A DNA stretch of 64,000 nucleotides from Phallusia mammillata (Eukaryota). The notes beneath the pieces are model-generated. The model saw only the letters and a program-made list of their open reading frames with translations. It was not told the origin of the DNA and ran no database searches. The stretch spans positions 27,218,001 through 27,282,000 of the forward strand of contig OZ281497.1 in assembly GCA_965637545.1 (NCBI GenBank), given 5' to 3'. Of the stretch, positions 49,081-61,500 are shown piece by piece. Position 1 is the stretch's first letter; every line of letters starts with the position of its first letter. Made by a program: the position numbers and the translations under genes.

Positions 49081-49869
49081 ATGGAAAAGCAGCAACTACC
49101 CAGACCGAAGGAACTCACAATAGACACAACGTATCCTGAAGCTTCAAAAATATTTACATATTGGCTAAGGACCGTTAAAGACTATATTGCATATCTTGAA
49201 GAAGGCAGAAGTGGTTCCTCTCCGGCCGTTAACAAAACTCGAGTAATTATAAGTTGTCTTTCACCTTCTGTGTACCCACTAGTGGAAGACGTCGAATCTT
49301 ATGACGATATTGTGGCAACTCTGCAAACCGCGTACGTAAAGAAAAAGAACAACGTGTATGCTCGTCATCTTTTTGTCAGCCGCCATCAACAAATGGATGA
49401 GGCCGTAACAGAATTCGCACAAGCTTTAAAATCTTTGGCTAAAGATTGCACTTTTAAAGTTGTATCGGCAAGTGAGTACAGGGATGAATTAACCAGAGAT
49501 GCATTTATAAATGGTCTCGTTTCGCCGTTTATACGACAACGAATTCTGGAAAAGGACGAGCTGACACTTCTCCAGACCATAGAACTTGCTGATAGCCTCG
49601 ATCGCACACAGAAGCAGGCGGCAAGCATGGGCAGAAGCCAGTTAGCTGTATCTGCTGTGCCTGGAGCTCAATCAGCTGAACAACACTCACCAGTTTCACG
49701 AGATGATAATTTAGTATCGTCAGAACTGTTGGCCGCATTCAAAAGTGGAAAAGCGCGCAAAAGATGTTATTTTTGTGGTGGTGGCTTGCACACCAGCCGA
49801 CGTTTATGTCCTGCACGCAATGCAATGTACATTGCAACAAACGTGGCCATTTTGCAAAGGCTTGTTTAA
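49081..49869 (+). CDS. gag: Gypsy Gag (zinc knuckles split by a frameshift)
   Basis: RDAFINGL...IRQRILE motif and CYFCGGGLH...CPARNA. The second knuckle CNKRGHFAKAC continues in the next frame. Confidence 0.85.
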   Translation: MEKQQLPRPKELTIDTTYPEASKIFTYWLRTVKDYIAYLEEGRSGSSPAVNKTRVIISCLSPSVYPLVEDVESYDDIVATLQTAYVKKKNNVYARHLFVSRHQQMDEAVTEFAQALKSLAKDCTFKVVSASEYRDELTRDAFINGLVSPFIRQRILEKDELTLLQTIELADSLDRTQKQAASMGRSQLAVSAVPGAQSAEQHSPVSRDDNLVSSELLAAFKSGKARKRCYFCGGGLHTSRRLCPARNAMYIATNVAILQRLV

Positions 49870-52800
49870 AGAAACCACCTGAGGCCGACAGCGCGGTATC
49901 AGTAGCTTCTGCTTCAGGCGCCCTTGCTTCTTTGGGCTTGTTTGCCGATAACGCGCACTGTTCATCAAGAATAATTGCGTCTGCCCCAAGCGGGCTCGGT
50001 CCCGCAGTTGCCAAAGGAAACGTTAAAGGCCAGATTGTTGACGTGTTGATAGACACAGGTGCATCAGAAAACTTTATCAACAAGAATGCTGCTGGGCGAT
50101 TGCAACTTACAGGACGCGGGGACTCGGAACAAATTTCGTTGGCAATGCACAAAATGGAGGCCAAAATTGAAGGAAGAACAGAAGCTAATATCACATTGTT
50201 GGGTCGAGAATATTCCAATTTGCAACTCGGTGTAATGCCAGATCTCTGCGCTGATGTAATCTTAGGACAGAATTTTCTTAAACTACATTCGGAAGTTGTT
50301 TTCCAGTACGGCGGACCTAAACAACCATTAAAAATACCTCTTGTTAAGACTCGCCCAGTGCTTAATGTTTCAGCTGCCAAACTGAAACCTTCGAGAATAT
50401 TTCAGTTCTTAAGGTACCTGCAGCTAACAAGGCCCATTAAAAAACTATTGCGTATAACTGAAAAACCATTTAACCGTTCCAGGCCAAATTCGGCATGATT
50501 GTTGCGGAGGTTGATATTAAACATCCATTAGATTTTGAGGACGTTTGCAAGTTTTGTTTTTGTAGGATAACAGTTTAAAAAAAATTAAAACTTGGGCCTT
50601 AATACAAACCTATGCTGTTAATAAAGCCCAACATTTTCATGTTTTTAAAAATAGTCTAGAAACCAATCAGACTCATTTGTACTTTGCTTCGGTCAAATAA
50701 AAGTTCAAACAAGCAACGTTATTAACTCATATTACACATATACTGTTAACTAAGACATATATAACTGTTAATCTGAAGGTACTAAAAAAGAATAAACGAC
50801 CCGTCGACATTTGACAACCTAAAATACTAAATGAAAGATTACTTCCACAAACATCTTATTTGGACTTTTTATCTCCCTAAGAAAGCAAAAAAGCAAATTT
50901 TGTGCATATCAGTCGCTTTTACTATAAAAGAAACTTGAGAAAATAACAAATTATCGTTGGGCCTTATTGCAAGCAATGGCTGATAAACAAAACCGTAATA
51001 AAATTTATTTGAAGTAATTCTTTTTTCCAGATCGGATAATGCTCCAATTAAACTAAAATGACCCCATTACTAATATATCTCAATAAGTTTTCATTTCGAC
51101 AACACAACCTTTTCATTTTTGCTACCAATTTTAACAAAAAATAATAAAAAGTTGAAAATAAACCCTTCTTAATTTGGATTGGTCATGATAACAATTACAT
51201 ATAACTTGCAGGTCCAAAACTTTGTAAATCATTTAAAGTACATATATATTTTAAAATTACATCTAAACGAAAGCAATTTTTCTGGCACATAAAAAAATAT
51301 TAGCAGTGGGCCTTATTACCTTCCGGGCCTACATACCTTCAGGTACCTTAGATCCAAGCTGCAAACCTATTGCCACAAAGTCACGCCGATATAGCTCTGA
51401 TGATCGCAATTTCATCGAATCGGAATTTAAACGTCTGCTGGCGGCAGGAATCGTAGAACCAGCAAAATCACCTTGGCGAGCCCAAGTGTTGGTAGTGGAA
51501 CAAAACGGAGGAAAGAAGCGTCTTTGCATCGACTATTCAGTAACTATTAATAAATTCACTTACCTAGATGCTTATCCTTTGCCTCGAATCGAAGAATTAG
51601 TGAACAAGATCGCAAATGACACTGTATACAGTTCATTGGATATGAAGTCCGCTTACCATCAAATTCCACTGTTTCCTGAAGAGAGACCAATGACCGCATT
51701 TGAAGCCAATGGGAGGCTGTATCAGTATCGCCGACTGCCCTTTGGTGTAACTAATGGAGTTGCAGCGTTTCAGCGAGTTATGGACGAATTTATACAGCGC
51801 CATAGATTAACTAAAGTGTATGCGTATCTTGATGACTTGACTGTAACTGGTGCTACCGAAAAAGAGCACAAAGAAAATCTTGACCGTTTGCTGGCGGCTG
51901 CCAGAACTGACGGTTTGACTTTTAATGAAGCAAAGTCAAAAATTGGTGTGAGAAGTTTGGACCTACTTGGATATCGTGTGTCCCACGGGGAAGTACGTCC
52001 TGATCCAAGCCGTTTGCAACCGTTACTCGATATACGCCCGCCGACTTCTACTAAAGAACTGAAAAGAGTGAATGGATTATTTGCATACTACGCGAAATGG
52101 ATTGTAGATTTCTCGGAAAAGGCTCTACCCCTATTGTCAGCTACTGAATTTCCTCTGCAAGGTAAGCCTCTTGAAGCTTTTAATGTCTTGAAATCTGATC
52201 TTGGAAAAGCAAGCTTAGGGGCAATTAAAGACAACGTTCCGTTTGCATCTGATTATGCCGTAGCAGCGATATTGTCACAAGATGGTCGACCCGTGGCGTG
52301 CATGTCCCGTACGCTCAACAAATGCGAGCGAAATTATCCTGCTGTTGAAAAAGAAGCTTCGGCTATCATCGAAGCCTCTCGTAAGTGGTCTCAATTTCTC
52401 AAAGGCAGGCATTTTACTTTAATCACCGATCAACGTTCCGTTAGCTTTATGTTCGATCAGAAAAATCGAGGAAAAATTAAGAATACAAAAATACTTGCAT
52501 GGCGCCTTGAACTTGGTCAGTTTAGTTACTTTATTCGTCACAGACCAGGAATTTAAAACGTTGCACCCGATGCCATGTCTCGCATTTGTGCTTCCGTCAC
52601 ATCACCTAAAACCTTACGTGTGATTCACGAACAGCTGGGTCATCCAGGTTTTGCCAGACTGTATCACTTTATCCGGACCCATAATCTTTCATATACAAGT
52701 GAAGAAGCGAAAAGCGTCGGGCAACAGTGTCAGACTTGCGCAGAAATCAAGCCTCGGTTCTTTCAACCTGTTCCCCAATCCCTAGTCCAATCAACTAAAC

Positions 52801-53300
52801 CGTGGGACCGATTGTCAATTGATTTCAAAGGACCTGTGAGAGGACCAAATCCATACTTACTTGTAGTTATTGATGAATATAGCAGATTCCCTTTTGTCTT
52901 TCCGTGTTCTGCGATGACATCTAAAACAGTAGTTAGTTGTCTAAATACTCTTTTCTGTCTCTTCGGTTTTCCTGCTTACATACATAGTGACCGAGGTCTG
53001 TCGTTTATGAGTCGCGAAGTTAAACAATTTCGTTCAGAACGAGGCATTGCAACAAGCAAATCTTCTCCATACCACCCAACAGGTAATAGCCAATGCGAAC
53101 GCGCAAATCAAACTATTTGGCGCACCATTAAACTTCTGTTACACAGCAAAGGTTTGTCAGAAGAAAAATGGGAAAGTGTTCTAAATGAAGCTCTCCATGC
53201 AATTAGGACATTAGTTTGTACAGCAGTGAATGAAACGCCATATGAAAGAATGTTTCGTTTCCGAAGAAGAGCTATGTTCGGAGCATCGAAAAACAACTAG
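49830..53300 (+). pseudogene. pol: Gypsy pol: protease, RT, RNase H, integrase (disrupted)
   Basis: Protease LIDTGA and DVILGQNF; RT LDMKSAYHQ, LPFG, YLDD; RNase H EKEA, TDQ; integrase HEQLGH..C..C, SIDF, SDRG, NSQCER. Confidence 0.92.
50412..51348 (-). mobile_element. TA-target MITE copy 2 inserted in Gypsy pol
   Basis: TA|AGGTACCTG...CAGGTACCT|TA. Removing the element plus one TA restores in-frame F-L-D-P-S-C-K-P (TTC TTA GAT CCA). Confidence 0.9.
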
Positions 53301-55154
53301 TATTTTTGTTTAACATTACACCAGTTGAACGACATATTTGTTAAATATGCAACCTGGTGGACGAAAACACCTGTTCAGCATTTTCAACAAAAAATATGTT
53401 ATAACAGAGTTTTATTGTTTCTTTTCTGCAGCCAGATCCACATAATGAGCATGCAAAGTGATCTCTTGTTTATAAAGAAGCACATAATGGAGAAGGTATC
53501 ACAAAACTTTGTAGACCAGGGGTGTGCTACTTTCATTACTGATAGCCAAAATGCAATTAACATGATTAGATCATAGGCCACATCCTGAAGTAACTTGCTT
53601 TTGTGTTCACCAACCATTCATGCATTTCAATAAGTTACTAACAGAAGCATCTATTACCGAAATAGTTTAGTGGGCTGCATTTGGTTTGCAGGTTGCTCAC
53701 AACCTGCTCTAGACATTTCAACAATGAAAACTACATTTTTTTATTCACAACAGAATCTGAAAAGCTGAACCAAAGTCTTGAACTGTTTGATGACAGTAAT
53801 GATGATTTTGATGATTTTTTATCTTCACTTCCTGATTCTGTAATGAATGGAAGCCAACCATTGCCAGGCCGAGTAAAAATAGTCTTTGTTTTGTGTTTTA
53901 AATAGTGTTTACTTCTTTTTGCACCAAGCCTAATTGTGTCAAGTGTAGTGTGTAGAGCACGCATGTCAAACTTAAACAACTTTGAGGGCCAAAAGCAAGC
54001 TTTTAAGTAAGTTGAGGGCTGCGCTATCGAAACATTTGTTACAATGTAACATCACAACAACAAAATACGTGATTTCAAAGTAAAATGTTCATTATTATCA
54101 TTACCTACATTAAAAAACAATATTGTAATAAATACGAAAGACATATATAGAGAGTAGCAGAGTGAAAGAACCAACTGTGCTTTATTGCTTTGTGTGAAAA
54201 CAATGGCATACAATGATGCAGCAATTGCATCCCTGATTCTAAACATGTGCCATTTCGATCATCCTATTAAAACAATGCATGTACCACTAATAGAGAATGA
54301 TTGTATCATTTAAACTCACTGGGCTGACAGGGTATTCTGCCAAAGTTAAACACATAACTTCTAAAAGTTACTTTGCAGGCCTGCATAAACACTCTTGGAG
54401 GCCTGTAACGGGCTGTGTGTTTGACACATCTGGTTTAGAATATGCTCCAAAGAAAAGTGTATGATCAAAAGTATTAGTTTAGCCTGATTTTGTCATTATG
54501 TTGCAGTTTAAAGCAAGTGAATTGCCTGATCATGTATTGGAAAACATTTTCTCATGTTTGCCGATCCGAGATATGTTACTGTCCTGTTCGCTTGTTTGTC
54601 ACAGATGGAAAAATATCATCATGGATGAAAAGGTAATTGAATAACCAAATGATAAAATTAATGTAAAAATGTAAAATAAAAACTTGAGCTTGAAAATGAT
54701 TTACCTTAGTTTATCATCTTGAAAACAAACTTACAAAAATTATGAGTTGATTGCTGACTGAGCAATTTGTTCAGTTTATGTTGTGGAAAAAGTTTTATCA
54801 CAAAGTTCGTGATAATGATCAAGAGGCAATAAGTCACATTGAGGGTTTGCTGAAGTCAACTGATTTGCTGATGGAAAGCACAGATAATGATCCTCTTGTG
54901 GCATATCGTATTGGAAATATTATCCGGTGTCTACAAAATATAAATTTAAAAATTTATTGTTTTTACTTTTTGAGGAATTACACAAGTCAACAAAAAATAC
55001 TGAAACCATCTATAGTCACTGAAAAACTTTTGTCACCTAAGGAATCTCCTGCAGACAATAGAATGTAGAAAAGAAAGATTCTTGCTTCTTATCAGTAGTA
55101 TATTTCGACTGTTTCATGAAGAACAGGTACAAAGCATAAATCATTTCTTTAAAA

Positions 55155-55201
55155 ACAGAAATATATATTTCGCCTTGAATACAGGCATCATCAGTTTCTG
55201 T
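55155..55201 (-). ncRNA. Type I minimal hammerhead ribozyme
   Basis: Minus strand ACAGAAA-CTGATGA-T-GCC(TGTATTCAA)GGC-GAAA-TATA-TA-TTTCTGT with a perfect 7-bp stem I. Confidence 0.82.
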
Positions 55202-55348
55202 AAAAAAGCAGCAATGTTAAGAAAATGAATCCATTGCATTCCAATCTCCCACAACGCAGGAACTTTTGGCCAACAGTCTTATTTCTTCAAAAAATTGAAA
55301 ATGTATGCCACAAGACTGAAAAAAAGCAGAGAAGCAATCTGCTTTTTT

Positions 55349-55395
55349 ACACAAACTGATGATGCCTGTATTCAAGGCGAAATATATATTTCTGT
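55349..55395 (+). ncRNA. Type I minimal hammerhead ribozyme
   Basis: ACACAAA-CTGATGA-T-GCC(TGTATTCAA)GGC-GAAA-TATA-TA-TTTCTGT, with one stem I mismatch. Confidence 0.78.
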
Positions 55396-57315
55396 TTTTA
55401 AAGAAATGATTTATGCTTTGTACCTGTTCTTCATGAAACAGTCTAAATATACCATCTATAGTCAATTGTAATTAAACAAGTGTATGTATGTCATTCAATT
55501 AGGGTAAAAACTGCTTTGTGTTGGTTGACATAACTGATTTAGCATTGTTGTTTTGTGTGTTTTATAGATTTGCAAGAGAAACATCCATTAGGGATGTTTG
55601 ATAGTGATTTAATGAAGGGATTGTTCCGATCATTGAACAAACATCCATTGTACAAACTTTTCCATGACTGTGACTAACAGAAGAGTTCTGTTATTTAGTA
55701 ACAATGTATGTAGAATCTAACACCATTTTGGTCATGGTGTGCTGTTTAAAATAAAGCATGAAAACCTTAATTTAAAAACATATTCTGTATTAAGTTAGTT
55801 TGAAGAAATTTATTTGTTTCAGTTGAAGAATGACTATGATGTCTGGGTTATTTGTACCACAATCTTGCTTCTTTCACCAGATGAAAATCATATGCAACGT
55901 TTAAAAAACAAGTTATGTTGCTTCAAACCTTTACCCATGTGATGGATTTCCTTTACATGTTGTCACTATTAATGTGGATGCTACATCGACATCAACTGAT
56001 GAGTCAAGAGTAAGTTTCTAATTTGAGTTTAACAGTTGAACAAACTACTGACTTCCCAGACTTTGCTTTTTGACCCAACTTTCTTGCCCTTCAGAAGTAC
56101 ATAAATAAATAAGATAACACAATAGATTAGTGACAGGTCTTATGGTTCTAGCTAATTTGATTTAGGTAATAAAAGGTCAAATTTGCCAAGCTTTCACTTG
56201 GAGTAAACTGAAATATACAAACCTTATTATGAAAAGATGGTATAAGTTTTTTTAGTTTTAGATGGTAATTTGTTCATCTGTAAAAGTCCAGAAACTGATG
56301 ACAAGGAACTTCAGTTTTCAAGATCAGTTTTTAAAGGATTTTAACCACCAGTTGATCTCATAGATTGCTAATGAATTAAGGCTTATGTCATTGGTTGTTT
56401 TGACTTTGAAAGAATTGCTTTCCTGACCCAACCTTGCCTACACCAACTTGCTTTATTTGTTTCTGTAGATATCATTACAGACTTTACGACTTTACTGCTC
56501 AATTTCCCTCCTCTAAAACACTGTAACACCACTGCCAGTGTGGTAACTAAAAACTTTTGATTAAAATTGTTACTGTTTAAAGCTGTATAACTTTTTTAAT
56601 ATATACCAAATATTCAGTCAATTAAAAGAGTCCTGCAACTTCAACTGGACCCACGGCAAGCAAAGAGTCATAGGTCATGAGTTCAAACCAAGTCAACTGG
56701 TGTGAGTGATGGCTTATGCTGAATCTGAGAAGATAAGCACATCATGTAAATGCTAATTTACAAAAACGATTTCTCTACACACTTTTAAGCAGGTAAATCT
56801 TATTTGTGGTTTGTATCAGACAAATTAAGGTCCAATTTTTCTAAATTATTTAACATTTGTTTATTGATTTTTAGGGTCAATTTTTGATCTTGGTAAGGAG
56901 GCATGTTTTAAATATTGTAATAAACTGCGCAACTTTGCACAGTCTTTTTTATATTGCTTTATTATATTTATGCTTCTAGAAAACTGTTTACTTAAAAAAC
57001 ATTTTTTTCTTTAAATGCTTACACTGTATTGCAAATTGACATAACTACGAGTAACTTATCCAGTCATTTGTGCCCCAGGTTTCACTGTAAAATGTCACCT
57101 TGTTGCATTGCATAACGTGATATGCGTGAAAAACTGGGCATGGTCTTGATGTTCAAAAAAACCTTGGTATGGAAGTTTGTGAGGCGACCGATGCAGATGA
57201 ATGTGGTTGCAGCTCAGAGAGTCAATTATGTTGGATGCCGGTCTTCTGTACGACATTTACATTCTTACGAAATCCAAGAAAAGGAATGGTAAGTTTTTTG
57301 TACTTTCTTACCAAC

Positions 57316-57367
57316 CCATACTGTGGCATTCAAGCCTATATCCATACCGTGGCATTCAAGCCTATAT
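57316..57367 (+). repeat. 26-bp tandem duplication
   Basis: CCATAC(T/C)GTGGCATTCAAGCCTATAT x2. Confidence 0.9.
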
Positions 57368-58384
57368 CCGGCTTCTGAATATCCTTGCAAACCTAAAAAA
57401 AGGTTTGAAACATGAACAAAAGCCTAAATTTCGTATGAATGCGAAACGCGTAATTGCGAATTTTCTGTACATTGTCTGGATAAACAACACAGCACCCGAA
57501 CAAAATGTTGGCCTCACCCTTTGCTTCGTTGCAGAGAATTGCCATGTTGCGTTGTGTAAGCTGGCGTGAAAATGTGGCTTTGTTTCCATGCGTATAATTA
57601 GTCATAACTTACTGTATAAGTGCCAGGTTGGTTGCCTTCTTTTTGTTATCAGCTTAAAACCGTTAACACGTGAATTAAACTTTTTAAATTGCAAAACAAG
57701 AAATTTTTAGGGTTTAAAATTTATTGGTGGTGCACTTGATTCGTAAGCATCAAAACCAATTTGTCATCTTTTATGTATACAGCAATGAACACAATTAAAA
57801 TGCTAATAACTCACTGTTAAAGTCCAGGCGACCCTGCAAGGGTGAATGGATGGCATCGGAGCAGGTGGCCGCATCGTTTCGGCCGTTTTGCTTAAATGTA
57901 CCCGCCTTACAATCATTTGTTCGACATCAGCAAAAGCTGGTCAGAACACCAGTGTCAGCACCGAAAGCAAAATCATCCAAGTCCAAAACACGATGAAAAA
58001 ACGTTCATTTGTTCCCATTGGGTGTCGCGTCGCATACATTTGCTTTGCAAATTGTTCTAACCATCTCACATAGTTTGTTTCGCCACATATGTGGCGACAA
58101 AATGGTTTCCTAACCACGTGTTCAGGTATTTCATGTTTGTGCAAATCTAACTGTTTCATTTTTTTTCTTGCGATCAGAATCCACCAGCTGAATTAAGTTT
58201 ATAAGGTTTTAAATATAGCACTGACTATATTGCCAATTATATATTATGAGACTTACACCAAAAAATTATCATTCGACTAAAACCGGTTTCCCGATTCAAA
58301 TATGTTCCTTCTGCAAAGTTTAGCCTCTATTTATCTCTTTTAACACTGTTGTTAGGATATGTGTCTTTTCATCGTCAGCTTTAA

Positions 58385-58500
58385 AAATTTTTTTTTCACG
58401 GGGTTCGAACCCAGGACACTCCCGGGGACGAATCCCGATCAGTTTTTTTATGTCTGTATATGGGTCAGGCGCGCCAGACCATTCGGCCAAGTTCCTGCCC
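58385..58500 (-). mobile_element. tRNA-derived short SINE, full-length copy
   Basis: Minus strand GGGCAGGAACT-TGGCCGAATGG (A box)...GGTTCGAACCC (B box)-CGTG-poly(A). 13-bp TSD TCGTCAGCTTTAA (58372-58384, 58501-58513). Confidence 0.85.
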
Positions 58501-61500
58501 TCGTCAGCTTTAACATATTGTAATGAAATAAATATTCTGTGATTTGGCGCCACCACCTGTCCAGCGCCATTGGTATTTGAATAATTTGTTTGCTTTTCGT
58601 GTTTTATTCGCACGAAAAATGAACTGATTTAATCAACATTGGTGACTTTTTTCAGTTTCATCGAAATGTGGATGGAACAAATTTGATCAGTTTTTCGTAA
58701 TTTTGCTGACCAAGCGTTGTTCTGACCCATGTGAAATTATAACGATGCAAATTTGCCTTCAATGCATGAAACACGTACCTATAATGGGTTTGCATTTGTC
58801 ACACTGTACTGACTCTTGCGCAGATTTAACTGTTTTTGTGACTTTGTTACTAAATGTTGCGAGAAAACAAGCATGGTATATGTAGAGAGATTACAATTTT
58901 ACTCCTCCAAATCATATTATTTATTTCAAGATTTTACTGTCTTTATTTGACTAGCTACAAAACAACCAAAACCGTTTTCGTTTGTCGGTTTTAATGTCCC
59001 TTATGCTCATATACCACGGGAATGTGAGCCTGGTATAGAACACATTGTCGCTTCATTTTTAAATATCGTTTTCGAAGAAGAAGTGTCAACCTTATTTATT
59101 ACATTTCTCGCCGCTTTATTTTACTGATCACGATAAAATATTTTCAGGTGCCAAAATCGTCATTGTTTAAAAACTAGCTAAACTGTTTCAATTTGCGCGA
59201 AATGTTTAGCACTGTCATTAATTTGTAGAAGCAATTTGTAATATAGTTGTCAGATAACACACTACTGTTACAAATAATAAATGTGGTGCTTTTGAAGTAA
59301 AATTATTGTTTTATTTTATTTTGATTGTGATGCGAAACTAGCCATCAGGAAGCACGTATACTACAACTCAAAACTTTTCGCTATCTTTACAAGCGTAAAA
59401 TTTGTAATAGTTTTCTTGTTTTGCTTTCGTTTTGCCGCCAACAACAGATTTCAATTCGTTTGTGCTCGTATTTCGAAGATTACAGGTCGTGGTGTTGTTG
59501 TTGTTAAGGTTTGCAAACGTGCTGGTTAACCCTTCTCCTGTTTTAACAGATACATCCGTTACCACCCGATTCTGCACTGATCCTGTGCATGTATTTATGT
59601 TATTGTGGTGCTGATTTTATCTCTGGCTCCACCTGCTGTTCGTATTACCCTAAAGGCCCAAAGGTAAAGTGAAACACAAAGGCGGTTTGATTGTTTTTCA
59701 TGTGGCACTGAGCTAACTATAATTCTGTTGCGTATCATTGTATTCGTGGTTCGGGTAAGTGTCAGATTTTTACATCCGTTTATTACCTTTTTGTTCAATT
59801 TGCTTCTTAACTTGGGTAAAAAGAAAAAAATGCAAATAAACAACTGATACCCAAAGCCGTAGGCTGCCACGCACAAGTACAACGGCCCACAATAAAAAAA
59901 ATTGATATTTACCTACACATTTTGCTGACATATTTTTGTTGTTGTCACAAATTTTCAACCCCAGTAGATTAAAATATAATGTTCCGCTGTTTGCTGTATG
60001 TCTTGTATTACGTAACAGTTGCAAGTATGTGGTATTGTTTTAATTGGAATTGTGATTGTTTTATTTTAATAAGAATATCAATTGCTTTTTCAGTTGCTGG
60101 TTAACGTGGTGGAAGTTTGGTTACATCTTGCTCGGTAGCAAACTGTGTGCATTCATGGGACATACACAAACCTACTTGCCGAAGAAAAGTAAACGCAATT
60201 ACAACTGTCTCCACGATCATTGGTAAGTTCATATTAGGGGTTAAATTTTAGGACAGTAACCATGTTGATGTTTGTTCGAATATTAGTGTGTGCATGTTAA
60301 TTTAATAGTTTTGTGTCAATAACGGAAAGAGCATTTAGGCGACGGACATGTAGATTGCTATTTTTTGCAAACAGAATGTTATCTTCAAAACAATTTACAT
60401 TTTTGGACGTAAAATTCTTGCTTTAGCAAAAACAGTCACGTAAAGTACAAATATTTTGCCTTTGCTGTCCACTTTTGTCAATCACACATTTCTGTCGCTT
60501 GGTGTCAGTAGGGACATATAAACATGAAGTAGTGCCAGTAACGTCCAGTTACGATATCCAAAGCGATTACAGATCTAGGTTGTCACACAACTTTCTTTGC
60601 ACTAGACTTGTTCGCACTTCCATGTGCTTGTTTTTGTCTTTCGTTTCCTTAAACTATTATTATTTCATTCAGTGTTGTGCTTGAAATGTATTTTTAAGTT
60701 GCTTACATTTACCGTGTGTTTTAAATTGTAAAAAATGTAACAGTTTAATCTGCAATTTTAATAATTAAGCCAAAATGACTGGAAGTTCTTTTAGTTTGCT
60801 TCCAAAGGCAAAATCACGATGAGTCTAAAATATAGGCGCTACTTGAAGCGCTTGAGTGCGTTTTCACATCCGCCTACGTCGTGATGCGTAACGACGCCGC
60901 CGCGAAGCTTATCACGAGGCGTGACCTCATTTGCATTCAAGTTTTACCGCTTGATGGAACTAAAGCGCAGTCTGCTAAGCTTCTTAACCGTTTTTTCATG
61001 TTTAAAATTCGGCAGATTTTAAAGATAAAGTTTATAAGTTTGATAAAACAGTTTCATCGACAACAATTCTACATGTTTGAAACATTTTTGCTTTCTTATA
61101 TTCACCCCTAAAGCATGTCAGATTCAATTCTTGGTTGGGAACCATTGCAGTACGGCAACAAAATCGAAAATCATATCATGCAATTGGACTTCAACAAGCA
61201 GCAAACTGCTGTCAGTCGCCAATCGCGAGTAATAGGCTTTTCGTCAAACATTTCATCAGTTCAAAATATTTATTTTGCTATTTAAACTGAAGACTGCTTA
61301 GCAAAAGTGGTGAACAGACCCAAAAAACTTTTTTATTCATTTTTTCCTTAATTAGACTGTTGTCGTTGGGTTTCGTCTACTGCCTTGCATTTTCCTGCAG
61401 ACCAGATTGCCGCTGTTAAGCTTCGCTATAAATATGATGATATTCACCAACAAGAAAACACTCAAAAATTCTATTTTCTGTGTGCCCAATTAGTTATTGA

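Larger units (their letters stand above)
48800..53290 (+). mobile_element. Ty3/Gypsy LTR retrotransposon, inactivated and 3'-truncated
   Basis: 5' LTR 48800-49052, then gag and PR-RT-RNaseH-IN in Gypsy order. Frameshift at ~49825, MITE insertion, RNase H deletion, TAA at 52554. No 3' LTR found. Confidence 0.95.
55019..55450. mobile_element. Penelope-type foldback insertion in an FBH1-like intron
   Basis: Inverted arms at 55098-55211 and 55339-55452, each with a hammerhead. 14-bp flanking repeat ACCATCTATAGTCA (55005-55018, 55451-55464). Confidence 0.78.
44100..56720 (+). pseudogene. FBH1: FBH1/FBXO18-like (F-box DNA helicase) pseudogene, heavily interrupted by transposons
   Basis: F-box exon 54507-54632 ELPDHVLENIFSCLPIRDMLLSCSLVCHRWKNII; 54775-54926 FMLWKKFYH; 55568- RSLNKHPLY; 55823-56009 DVWVICTTILLLS...QRL / VMDFLYMLSLLMW; 56469- YHYRLY; 56640-56720 WTHGKQRVIGHEFKPSQLV*VMAYA. 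These match, in order, the recalled human FBH1 segments LSLVCHLWREII..FIPWKKLYH, SLRDHPL, NIWALVAAVVLLS..IQRL, IHYNIFY and LTHEQQLILNH....QVVKIMAFAG. Frameshifts and a TGA at 56703. Confidence 0.75.

Noticed and set aside
49764-49869. Programmed gag-pol ribosomal frameshift
   Set aside because: The shift falls inside a zinc-knuckle motif with no slippery heptamer, so a degenerative indel is more likely.
57080-60230. Exon-like patches on both strands (57080-57290 plus; 57830-58190, 58520-58870 and 59370-59635 minus)
   Set aside because: They may be decayed exons, but they contain stops and I could not assign a family. A BLASTX search would be needed.
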